Origin: Chara braunii
Taxonomy: Eukaryota > Plantae > Charophyceae
Direction: 5' to 3'
DNA: 64,000 bases
Assembly: GCA_003427395.1 (NCBI GenBank)
Contig: BFEA01000010.1
Coordinates: 3,390,632 to 3,454,631, forward strand
Made by a program: the position numbers and the translations under genes. The stretch's first letter is position 1; each line of letters begins with the position of its first letter. Below are positions 51,955 to 64,000 of this stretch, piece by piece. The notes under the pieces were generated by a model that saw nothing but the letters and a program-made list of their open reading frames with translations, had not been told where the DNA came from and did no database searches.

Positions 51955-52698
51955 CATTATTATTATCATTATTATTATTATTATTATATTCAGGCTTGTG
52001 TTTTTCGATACTCAGCATGCATGCGAACAGATAGCAGTCACACTGGCAGTATCCCCACGCAAAGCTNAGAAATAACATAACCAAACATATAGGTTAGATC
52101 CAAGCTTGTCTTCAACAGCTATGGTACCCATGCAACCAACCAAGATTCCCCTTTAGTTACTGTATCCCCAACAACCACACACACATAGGGGAAGAAAGGG
52201 ATGACATATGAGACATACAATCATACATACAGACAGACAGACACAAGCAAACAGACAGACAGATAGATACAGACATACGCAGATAGACAAGACTGACATA
52301 TAGACAGAAAATCGGACAGACAACCGGACAGAAAACCGGACAGAAAACCGGACAGAAAACCGAACAGACAGATTGACAAACACAGACAACATACAAACAA
52401 CATGGCCTGCGCCACATCAGCACTGTCGACAGGTGGCCGGCGCCACATCAGTAATGTCGACAGGTGGTTGGCGCCACATCAGTAGTGTCGACAGGTGGCC
52501 TGTGCCACAGTAACAGTGTAGCCGGGTGGCATGCGCCACATCAGCTCTGGAGACAGTATGGCTGCGCCACAGCAGCAATGTAGACTAGTTGCAGGGCGAC
52601 ATCAGCAATGTAGGCTGATGGTCTGCACTACAGCGGCGGTATGCACAAGTGGCATCAACCACAACAGCAATGCTGACAGACAGGTGGCAGTGCCACAG
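50279..52698 (+). repeat. 1.21-kb tandem duplication (possibly an assembly artefact)
   Basis: 50279-51487 versus 51489-52698 are near-identical, with an N at the junction and an N at the same position in both copies. Confidence 0.85.
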
Positions 52699-53194
52699 CA
52701 GCAGAGACAGGTGGCCTGCACCACGTCTACAATGAGTATAGGTGGCACGTGCCACGTCAGCGGAGGCNGTCGCTCAGCAGCGCCGGGCCAGCATACTGCC
52801 ACTGTCCTGCGTCGTCGTCCGCGGTACCAGCACACAACCAGCGTCAAGCCGACATCAAAGCAACACAGCAGGACTGAATGTTCACCTCCTCGCGACCAAG
52901 CTTTATGTAGAGTTAGACGAGGCAATCTGGCCTCGGGTCTCCTACCCGCAGGCATACAAATTGACTCAGAACTAACGATCTGCACTGTGTACAGTTGCAG
53001 ACTTTCGTTTGGTCCTGATGATGTCTGAGAACCTGCATACGCATAGACAAACACAAACAGCAACAGACAAACAAATCGACAGACAGACAATCACAGAGAA
53101 AGGGACGAAAGAGAAGGAGGGGGAGAGACGGAGAGAAAGGGAAGAAAGAAACTTACCTCGTCTCCGCCGGTTGTCAACCCTGAGTGCAACAAAC

Positions 53195-53263
<69 letters not shown>

Positions 53264-54188
53264 TGTAGGGAATGTGCCCTCGCGGGGCCCTTATCAGACA
53301 TGCAGATGTTCTGAGCAGGGACCCTCATCAAGCCTCGTGCCCGCCCTAAGTGAAGGCGGACTTGAGTATCCACGAGACAGTTGTTGCACGCCTGTTGGTT
53401 ACAAGGCAGCGTGAGCCTTTGCTGGCTCTCCTCTGAAGCAACAGCTACGCTGCACAAGTAAGCTCAGAGCCCCGGTTGGTTGCGCCCTGGGCACCCACAC
53501 ATTCATTGTGAGCCGGACACATCACTAAGTAACCGAGAGCGACTGAGAATGCGGCATTGTCGACACAGCTGCCCCGCGGGCCGATGCAGACGCAGCGAAC
53601 ATTCAGAGCCTGGGTAATCCTGGGTGTGCCCAAATGTAAAGGGCCCAGGCCCTCGACTGTTGAAACGAGCCTGGGCGCAGACACTGGGGCCCAACCAGAA
53701 GTTACTGATAATTTCAATGGCCAGGCCCAAACAGTCCAGGGCACTCTAGCCTAGACAAGCAAATGTGGACACGCTGCTGCAAGACATCGCAAGTGTCAGC
53801 CTGTGTCAGCGCTAGCTGGGGCGCGCTCGTAGGCATTGAGTGGTGTAAGGTACAACAGCACAGCAGGGCGTTAGGAGCCATAGGCGGATTGCAACGTGCT
53901 AAGACATAAAATGTCGGCGTAAGTGTTGGAGTTATGAACATTAGTCTACAAGGGCAAGTCGGTCTATTGCAAGAGGATAAGTAGGACACGTTGGATGAGT
54001 ACAGTAGACTGGACGCCAGATAGTAGGAGCGACGTTGAACACTGCCGGTTTGAAGGTTGGCTCAGGAGGTCATTATATCGTTCTCATTTGGATGAAATCT
54101 TGGTGCATTTCGGCTGTCTAATTGTTACATGACTAACAAAACTTCCGAATGATTATTGTAACTTAGTTTTCTATGTATAGCATTATTA

Positions 54189-54237
<49 letters not shown>

Positions 54238-54286
54238 TTTTATTATTATTAGTAATATTAGTATTGTTGTTGTTATTATTATTATT

Positions 54287-54353
<67 letters not shown>

Positions 54354-56061
54354 GTTGTTGTTTCATGACCTATACGTTTGTTCTGGTCTGATTGCTGACA
54401 CAATCAGACATGTGCATGTGAACCCCATGCCTGACTAAGAGCCACTGCCTAGGTTCGCGCAAGCTGGCCTAGAGCAAGTGTGAGTGCAGATTGATTGATA
54501 AATAGATGTAGAACGGGTGACAGGATAAGGTTCCAGGGTGAGGAATATCCTATTACTCGTCTCTACGTGTGTATATATCTTAGATAGTTAGGTTGGCAGA
54601 CTGAAGATGGGGTACTCTTGTGCGGGTCATCCCATGTTCTGTCTAGGTCTGAATCAGTTAGACTAAAACAAGTGGTAGGATACTCATGTGTGAGTTATCC
54701 TACTGCTTGAGTAAGTATGAGGTGAAGGCTTCTGTCGGAATCTTCTTACTTCATACTTACACTTGATCGGACTATATTAAAGTCCACTAATAGAACTGAA
54801 GTTCACGTCGCTGAACTTCGTGTGGGGCGATAGTGAGGGAGGTGTTGAGATCTTGTGACCTGTGTGTATTTGCAGGTCATTTTAATCAAGGAGACTCTTC
54901 ATGAGTCTATACAAGTCTACATGTTGTTGCCATATGGTAACAGGTTGGTTTACCAACTCAACCCTCACTCACCCTTNACACCCACACTTTGNATNTACCC
55001 TTGCACTAAATGGCATTTCTGATTTTCGGGTCAGTGTCTGAAGGGNCTAAGTTTGATTCAAAGAGGTACTTGAATAACTGAGTCGAAATGAAAATGTNTT
55101 GTTAAGGGGTTTCAAAAACATCAGTGTAGTGTATGTGAGAGTGAATGAATGGTTTACTTTGTAAGGACTGTGGAATGATTGACTATTGTTTGCAGGTCAG
55201 TAAGAAGACCAACCACGTGCTATTCACTCTACTCGCATTGCTGAACTTATGTTGAGCCTCGACTCCGACATTTCGTCGACTCGTACCCTTTGTACATTTC
55301 GTTTGGATGTTTCGACTTTACTCCTTGATGTTGAATAGATTAGGAAAATTGGCAAGACCATGAGCGTATTATTTTATTATGATGCATATTTGACAGGCCA
55401 AGAGCCTACCTTTGGTCATGATGTTTGCTTGAAAGGCCAAGAACCTATTGATTGTTTTCTGTTTCGAAAGTTAAACTCTGTTCATTCTGATGTTTGCCTC
55501 TGTTTGTGTAAAAATGTAAAAGACATCTCCTTGCCTCCAGAGTCTCAACTTTTGAAATGTATTCATTATGTTTGTATCACTCTAACATAATTTTATAACA
55601 TACATAAGTTATGGGTTATGTGCAGATAGATTAGAAAATTAGTTTGCGCGATAGATCGTCAATTAGGTCGACCTGAACAGTAAGTCGGTTCGGGAGATCA
55701 ACAACCTGATGCCCGACACGTAAATGGGTCAGTCTTAGGCGTTCAACCGCGCGTATACCTATGCTACGATGATCGAGAAAACGCTCTCGGCCAACCTACC
55801 TCTACAAAGGCATGTAAAAGCCTTCGCATGTGGGCCGGTAGCTCAGCAGGGATACGCCTACCAGAGGGTGGTGACAGCCCCTCGGGTAGAGCTGAGTAGT
55901 ACCTCGCAACGTCCCGACCTGTCGTGGGGCGTCGTGAGAGGTATAGCCCGCGCGCACGGCCGGAGTAGTGACTTGTTGTTTTTCAAGGAATAAATCCTGC
56001 GTGACACGACCGTGAGGTTCAGCGCTCCCCATTAGGGCCCGGGACCGCCGCGCGCGACAGG

Positions 56062-56079
56062 TGGCGCCGTTGCCGGGGA
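56062..56079 (+). promoter_or_regulatory. Primer-binding site, tRNA-Asp(GUC)
   Basis: TGGCGCCGTTGCCGGGGA, 2 nt after the LTR end. Confidence 0.93.
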
Positions 56080-56694
56080 CCTTCGGTTGCCTGCCGGGGT
56101 CCTATGCGAACTGACTTGGGTTTGGTAAATTGAAGTCCTCGCTAGACGACAACCTTCAGATAAGCTAATAAAGTTTGTTACACGTGAGTTGAATTACCAT
56201 TGGACTAAGCACTAAGAATGTTATATGCAGAAGTGTGAAGTCACACCAACAATGGGAACAACTCGCATTATTCGGGGCTTCATTTGCTTACGCACGTTCT
56301 TAATGAACGGACTAGGGTATATGATAGTTAGGAGTCTATGTCAAAGATAGAACTACTGAATGTAATGCTCTCATATAGTAGGTAGAAGTTAGGTTAACGA
56401 TTTGGGGGAGGTGTCTGCATATGCTGGATCTATCCTTCTGTTTACGTACTCGTGTCATTTGGCTGTGTAGGCGAGTCTCTCAACTTAAGTTGTTAAGAGG
56501 TTAATGACCCTAATTGACTCTCATAAATTCTCAAAGAGTCGAGGAATAATAGACGCGTGACTGACTGTTCCGTTTATTTTTAGCTAAAGTATACTAACTT
56601 AAGTAAACTTTGCTTTCATATTACTTTCCTTACCTGTGTCTCCTTAGCCAGGTATAAGTTATAGGGTTATAACAGACTTTTGTTCCTTGTGTGA

Positions 56695-57630
56695 TGAAGG
56701 CTCCCGTGAAGTCGTCACGTTTGCTTGCATGAACTGACGGAGGTAAATGATGGGATACTCCCGCAAGAGTTACTCTGCCATTCACTGGGTAATGATCTGG
56801 TGAAGCGTTTGTCTGACTTTGGCGTTGGTAACGAGAAGATGTCGTGCGTCTTTTCTGTTACTTACGATACTAAATCTAAGAGGTAATCCCGTACTCCCGT
56901 GGGGTACAAGGCTTCTAAGCTAGGACGACTAACATAAGCAAAGGTAGTAGGAGGCTCCCGTGAGACTCTCCTAGTCACCTATCGGACTAGACTTGGAAGA
57001 GAATTGAGTACTCCCGGGTGAGTACACGAACTCCTAAGTCTGGAACGATCTGTCCGACTTCCCGTGGAAGTCAACATACCTTTTGCTTCATTACGATGCA
57101 TAGGCAGGTAGGTGAACGGTCAGGGCAACTGAACTAAGAGTTGTTTGACTAATCTCCTACACATCGAACGGGTTGTAGGATAACTCCCGGGAGGGTTATC
57201 CTAATACTTGTTTGATTTGGGGGATCAACTAATAGGGGAATGAATGAGAAGATTGTGTTTTGACAAGTAAAGGGATACTCCCGGGTAAGTAACCCTGCTA
57301 CTTGTTTTAGTATGACTAATGGGTTGGCGTGCTTTGTTACTAACGACTTATTTATTTAACATTGGACCAGATTATGGGAGGCTCCCGTGGGATTTTCCTA
57401 TCGCTGATCTGACTAGACTTGGGAAGGAATTTGAGTACTCCCGGGTGAGTACACTAACTCCTAAGTCTAAGTCGATCTGGCCGACTTCTGTGAGAGTCGG
57501 CATACCTCTTGCTCATTCGCGAAGAGTGGGTAAGGTAGGGGAACGGTCAAGGCGATTTGACTAAGAGTTGTTTTGACTGATCTCCTAAGCATCAAACTGG
57601 TAGTAGGATAACTCCCGTGGGGTCATCCTA
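56695..57630 (+). repeat. Dispersed hairpin array, ~12 copies with a CTCCCG(T/G)G core
   Basis: Examples: GGATAACTCCCGGGAGGGTTATCC, GTACTCCCGTGGGGTAC, GACTTCCCGTGGAAGTC; includes a duplication with ~430-bp period. Confidence 0.82.
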
Positions 57631-60600
57631 ATAGTTGTTTGATTTGGGGGTCAACTAACGAGGAGAGGAATGAGGTTATTGTGTACGGAAAGAGAGAGAA
57701 AGGGATTGTATGGGATTCTATGGTTATCAGAGTGACTAACCCAAGCATATGACCTCCCTTGGTAAAGTGGTTTAGTATTTTTTGTAAAGAATACTCTATC
57801 GCTCCTTACCTTACCAGGAGTCACTTTCCTCGGTTTTTTCGACGATAGGTTCCCCTTCTTCTATCTTACCCCTACCTCATTCTTGATACTTAACCATCTT
57901 TTTCCAACTGTCTAGCCCTGCGTTTCCACTGCCATCGTGCGTTTTGAACCACCCTTTGGTTTGTAAGTCGTATCAGCAAGATCATTGCTTATGTATTGAG
58001 CTGGCGTTTTCTTTCTATACCTATGCGGGATTAACTCTTACCCACCATATAAGGAAAATATCTGAAGACAAACATAATGGATTCAGGTGTTGCTTGTCCT
58101 ATCTTGAGCTAGCAAAACCGGAACACTTGTTCTAATGAGGCTTAAGATCCCTAATCCAGGTCGTTGCTAAAAAGTCTACAAAGGGTGACTTAGTAATGGT
58201 TTTTCACATCACAGAGATAAATGAAAGATTATATATCCCCTATGCCCCTCCATTATAGTACCTCTTTTGAAAGACTAGAAAGAATCTCGTTGAGGTAGGG
58301 ACAGAAAGACGATGCGTACTGTAAAGTCCCCTTTTGAGGTGGATTGATGTATGTGAATGTCGAATATACTCGTTAAGCCCGGAAAAACATATAGTTGTTA
58401 GGCTACGTATTTGAAAACCACGCGTGTTCGCAAGGATCATGCATCATACTTTCTTGCTATAGGATTGTAAATTAAACTAGCCCTATTAATTATTGTCATA
58501 AAATCTAAATAGATCATCCAATTCTTAGAGCGATATCATATAGGCCTACTGAAAGACTCGGTGTCCCGATAATAGTTTAACTCTGCAGGTTGTATCGCGC
58601 AACATATGAGTGTAGGACTATCTGCTTAAAATAACTACCCTCCCTAAAAGCCGACTGAAAATGATAAAACTATGAGAATATATATAGTTATCTAGCTTTC
58701 AGCATTGTACTGTAGAAAGGTCATTAACTTGATAGGCACGTTCAAGCGACAGTAAATTAACTAAATCAAATGTACTCTGATACCAGGAGTTTCGATCTTT
58801 GGTATAGAATTCGAAAACGTAAGTTGGGGTATGTATGGTAATGAGACTCTAGAAAGCCGGTTAGAAACATAGTGTGATATGATATAGTACGTAAATGAAA
58901 TAAAATTGGGCGATACTATGTTTAGTATCTCAACAGTTTAGGGCCGACTAGTTAGTAGGAGTAAGTCTATAACGTCAAGGCAGTGTGATATGGGGTTTGA
59001 TTAGTAGGGTTGTTTAATCTTGAGATATAAATTAATTATTTCACTATTCACTTAGTGATTGTCTAATCCTTAGGGACGAATAGTATGGTGGGCATAATAT
59101 TAGGTCGTCTGCTTGACAGGTATGTATCTGATTGAGGTTGACTATGGTAGAGTATGGTAATCGATTAACTTTAGGAATCATTACACAAAAAATCCAATCA
59201 GATTTATCTCATTCTTGAAAGGCATATGAATAAATTCGGATTTTGTTGATTCGTCAAAACTGTATCATGAGACTGTCTACTTAAATAATCATCTCCTTAA
59301 ATACTATACTCAATATGATCAAGGTATGAGAGTATCCACTTGAGCGTTATCGAACTCCTCGATATTATAATGTTATATAAAGGTTGATAAAACTACTTAT
59401 TCCCACTATGACTAATATATGTGGCTGGTTGTGAATGAATGTATGTGGGAGTGAATAAAATATGTTTCAAGTAATGTATTATTGTATGTTTTGTTCCTTG
59501 TTAAAGTGAAGTCAGAACTTGTTGTGCATATGAATAATTACTGATTGCTTGATGACTGTTTGTGGCTGTCTGAATAAGTTTATGAATTGTTTTCTTCAAT
59601 AAGGATAAAAACATGTATGAAATCCACGTTCGGCATGGGGCTGAAGGCGAATGGAGTGACCAACCTTTGTAGAGAAGAAATTCTCTCAAAGGAGGTCAGC
59701 ATGCAGAATCTGTCATTTGAAAGATTGCAACGTTGATTGATACTTTCTCCAAGCATCTTTAAGAGGATATAGTAAAGTCTCGTAGGTGGTAGTGAGACTC
59801 ACGCCGGAACAATGATCCTGGTCCATAGTGAGGTGTTGTCGCCTTTTCTGAAGAGGAGAAGTGACTACACTATCATCGAAGGGGAGGAAGATGTTTGGGC
59901 CCTTGGTAGGACGCTGTCTATAGGGAAGGTGGTTGCTGTTCGCCATGAGGTAAGGAGTGGTTGCCTAACCTTGTGTCAGGGAGGGCCACCTCATCTCCAT
60001 GGTCAAGGCCTAACCAACCATGAGCATGTGAGATGAGGTCGTTCTACTCTGTTGACAAAAAACTGATAAGGTCTCAGCATCGGAATCGGAGGGAGATGTG
60101 GTGAGGCTCAGTCCTAGAGCGGGGCTCGAGATCTGAGATGTTATCCCTTTGGTAGGATTACACCACCCCTCGACACAATATACCTCTGTTAAGCAAAAAG
60201 GAGCAAATAAATGTTATGTCATTGTTATTTTGTATCTTCATTGTATTTGTTGTTGTGGTATTTTATTGTAACCATTTGTTCTCATTGTTCATGAAAGTTA
60301 TCAATAGATGTTTGTCTGCAGTGATATGATTGAATGGTTTGGATTTTTCATGAGCTTCCTTTACAGTTCAAACATCTTTTTGTATTATTACCTGTTATTC
60401 ACACTATACTACTTATTTATAGCAGGGGAATGTCGTTTACATTTCCATTGTAAAAGTTTCGTGAAAATAGGGTTAAAACCCTGCGTTCAGTAAAAGATAT
60501 CTTTGAATTGTCTCTTCAATATTGATTGTGATTTGATTGACATGATATGATATTTTGATCTTTGATGATCATCTCAAGAAGGTGTAATCCTCCTTGAGTA

Positions 60601-62191
60601 CGTTTTGATTAATACTCGGACACGAGTATTATAGATGTATTCGTACGATACGTTATTAGTCAGTTCTTATTTGGATTATTTAAGGTCTAACCCCAAAAGG
60701 GAAGGTTGACGGTGACCTCAAAAATTGAGTCTTATTTTGAGTCATGAAAATTATTGGAAGGACACCAAATGATGGGCCCTGCAATGAAAAGACACATGAG
60801 ATGTGTCCTCTTTTGAGCTTCTTTTAAAATATGTGTATTTTGCAAAATGCATCGTTCACCATTCGAATCGGGTTAGTCTGAGATAAGATTAAAGGATCCC
60901 GAAATGGGATCATTTGAAATTGTTGATGTTCTGAAAATATATCTTTTTGCATCAATGGTATTGTGGAAGCCAACAATTTTATATTTATTTTGGGTTTTCG
61001 GCTCGTTTTACTTATTTTGAGAGATCCCAAAGACGTGTGTTTGACCTCGCTGTGATCGAGATGGGAAGACACGACCCCTGAGTGGCAACCTGACGATGCC
61101 CCTCGTTCATCCACTACATGGCAACCTGACGATGATGCAAAATTGTTGGTGATTTCGTAAATTGTTTTCGGCATATATTGGGATGCACATCGTTCATCCA
61201 ATAAGTGGCAACCTGACGAGGGGATAATTTTGTCTATGAATTTTTTTTGTATATATTGAAATGAACATCGTTCATCCACTCCAGGAGGTCAATCTGAGGG
61301 ACTGAATTACCAAGCCTATGGTGGAAAATTGGCATCGTTGGGACGTAACTCCCAGCGTTGGCTGCTGACCAAGTATAACCAGGCAGCGGACCTTCTGGTT
61401 TTGGCCTAGAGTTGAGACCTGAAGGGCGGCAGCCCTAGTGAGGGAATCTACTCAGGTGGTTACTAGCGGGGTCGATAGTAAGGTCTAGAAACTGGGTAAA
61501 ACCCAGAATAGGAGGATTTACCTATTATTGCGTAACCAATTCGAGAACCGCTGTTAATGTAACAACACAGTGGGCCGCAGATCTGGCCTGATCAACCGGA
61601 CTGTGGTGGGTTTAGACCGAGACCGTCGATCCCCTCGCATTAGACTTCGGCGGGACGGTAATATGGTTTAGGTTAAGACCCGCGTCCAAAGGGGGCAAGT
61701 TCTATGACTCCTCGGACAACCAACGAGGATCTGGGAAGAAAGTCTAAAGATGTGGAAAAGATTATCGTTGTCTTTCTTGGTATTTTTATCCGTTGTAGTA
61801 CAGATCCAGTATCCTCACCATTGGTTCATTGAGTTTGGTTTGGGGGTTTTTCAATATGTGGGAGACCCGGGTTAAAATCCCGGCGATGGTAGAATGTATC
61901 AAGGGAGACAATGTGAATCTTGTCTGCATCTCAATCCAGGGACTCGGATTTGGCTATCCACTTATCAGAGATGCGCCTTATTTGGGAAAGGGATTCACCT
62001 TCTCTTTCAAACAGCAAAGAGAAAGTACATGTGTTGTTTTGTATTGTATCATCCGTTCAGTGGTGTTAACGATATTGTCATACTTTAGCAGTTGATTTGA
62101 TTTTGGGAAACGATGTAAAGGGGAACTGTATAAACGATTGTGATAAACGTCTTTAGCGACGGGGGCGTCGCTTAATAGGGTTTGGGAATTT

Positions 62192-64000
62192 TGTCGAACC
62201 AAATACCCTTACAAGGGTATTTGGCCATGCTTTTGCATTTGACACAGTGACAGCGTCAACTACCATGACGGGGCTGGTCTGGAATGGAAAGAGTGTGCGC
62301 GCTTTAGTGTGACACTTGAAACGATTTCCTCGGGCATTGAGGCCTGGGCGAATCGGTGAGAAAATTTTGAGAATATGCGCGCGCGTTATAATGACGCGCG
62401 CTGTGATGGTTAGGATTAGTAGTAATACCCTCTGACCGAAAAGGTGGAGGCGATGATTGAGTTAATGCTGTGTCGGGTAGATCTACGACACACGTTGAAA
62501 CTTGGCCTGGTACTGGGCGTCTAAAAATACCAACGGTTGTCTTCCTTTACTCGGCCTCCTAGTCGGGTACTCGGCACATTTACCTCTACTTAGTGAGGTA
62601 CCGACTTACCTACCACTTGAGTGTTTCCCCCGCCACGACCCTCAGATGTCGCGGCCATAGCTACGTACCGGCCTACTCCACCACATGAGTGTTTTCCCCG
62701 CCGCGACCCTCAATGTCACGGCCACGGCTAAGTACTGGCCCTTAGGGCCTTCCAATTAACCAAGTACCCTGACGGGTCGCACACACACTCAAGCCGAGAA
62801 GCACTCAGGCAGGCATGCCGGCCGACAAGCGTGCTCGCACGCAGACTTAGAAACGGGCTCAGGCCNCTAGGNGGACTGAGCCCCACTTCAATATATATCT
62901 GAGCTGCTCCTCTTCTAATCGAAGTAGGAGCTAGCTCANTGGGTTTCNGTGTGGGTTGAGGGNCAAATGACTTGGGGATCGAATCCATCCGACCCCAAGC
63001 TAGCTCCTTTTGGCAAGGAGCTCATCTTTTGTTTCACCCGATTTCAATAGGCCGGGACTTGAACCCGTGACCTCGAGATCGGAGTTAGTTAGAGTTCGTG
63101 GTTGCAGTTAGCCCCGTTTGAAAAACGGGGGCATGACACTTGGCGGATCAGGAAAGTTAGATAGTTAGATTCTGTTTTTTTTTGTTTTTTTTCTGATTCT
63201 AGTTTATTTCTTATTTCTTTTTTTTTTTATTTCTTACCTCTTATGTTTCGATTCTCGTTGTTCCTCTCAAAAGTCCCGTAACTATGACTGATGAATTTGC
63301 CACAAAATCTGGGCCGATTCATTCCAACGAAATTCAGTCCGCTCCGGATGCGGCACGAGCGATTCGGCTTGGCACTCTCGGGCATGGAAAGCCAAGGAGA
63401 GGAGCACGAGGAAACTGGGAGTGGGGAGCGCCTGCGTACAGGGATCGGTATCGAACGGGAGTGGGAGATGGCTACATGGTGGATGCTCGACCGATGGCAA
63501 TGGAGATGGGGTAAAAGCGCGATCAGGCGGGGGTAGAGCACGCAAAGGAAAGGAGGTGATCACACGAGAGGAAGGAGGTAAGTGAAGGAGAAGAAGAAGA
63601 TGGAGAAGAAGAAACGTAGAAGGGGTGAGGGTAACGTTCCTGGCCTTGAAATCGATGGCGGCAATGTCCCGCGAGAAACGGCGAGCGAAGATAGTGCACG
63701 CCAGCAGAGGAGGTAGCGTGCGGAGAGCAATGAAGGTGGTGCGTGGGGAGCAGAGGAGGAGCGGGCGCCCAACTGATCGAAGAAAACTGACGTGCGATAA
63801 GAGGAGTAGAAGTAGTAGTAGTAGTAGTAGGAGAAGGAGAAGGGAGAGGAGGAGAGGAGATAGTACTTACCTGACATGCAAAGACGACGACGACGGCGGC
63901 GGAGACCATGATGACGATAACGAGGACTACTACGATGACGACAACTACGAAGGCGGCAAAGGGAGAAAGATCCGGTAAGTCTTCTAATCCCTCGACTGGC
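62192..64000 (+). repeat. 3' LTR of element D (truncated by the window end)
   Basis: Highly similar to 45437-47258, with scattered substitutions and an 18-bp indel. Confidence 0.95.
62926..63011 (+). ncRNA. tRNA-like Pol III-type unit (3' LTR copy)
   Basis: Same sequence as 46188-46273. Confidence 0.55.

Larger units (their letters stand above)
45437..56059 (+). repeat. 5' LTR of element D (~10.6 kb as assembled, including an N gap at 47780-47932, microsatellites and a 1.2-kb duplication)
   Basis: tgtcggacc...cgcgcgaca termini; 45437-47258 is repeated at 62192-64000; the PBS follows immediately. Confidence 0.82.
45437..64000 (+). mobile_element. Element D: non-autonomous Gypsy-type LTR retroelement (LARD-like), running off the window
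   Basis: 5' LTR 45437-56059, PBS at 56062, ~6.1-kb internal region whose longest ORF is 151 aa with no RT/IN motif, 3' LTR from 62192. Confidence 0.88.

Noticed and set aside
50279-52698. Biologically meaningful 1.2-kb tandem duplication
   Set aside because: An N at the junction and a shared N in both copies suggest a contig-overlap artefact; long reads are needed.
57900-61300. pol or env remnants in the element D internal region
   Set aside because: No RT, RNase H or integrase motif was recognised in the ORF track or in the frames I sampled; heavily decayed remnants cannot be excluded.

Overview
Repeat-dense eukaryotic DNA with no intact host gene. The plant-type U6 and tRNA-Asp PBS point to a streptophyte, and the repeat landscape resembles Chara braunii (inference only). 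The window is dominated by one group of apparently non-autonomous Gypsy-type LTR retroelements. They have very long LTRs (about 5-10.6 kb; termini TGTCG...CGACA), a tRNA-Asp primer-binding site and no visible pol. Three are present: solo-like LTR A (2719-~5540 + and ~14110-9995 -), element B (26467-43829, composite 3' LTR) and element D (45437 to beyond 64000). These elements carry RNA modules instead of proteins: U6 snRNA-derived and tRNA-derived units behind a TATA box, arrays of 10-12 dispersed hairpins with a conserved loop and covarying stems, a conserved structured ~450-nt LTR 3' domain, and a conserved hairpin where a polypurine tract is expected. All five visible external LTR flanks read NCGT on the + strand. 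A BED/DUF659 hAT transposase interrupted by a LINE is also present, and one ~8.6 kb inversion (~5540-14120) splits the LTR, the LINE and the transposase. Reference RNAs are recalled from memory and alignments were done by eye; coordinates marked ~ are approximate.
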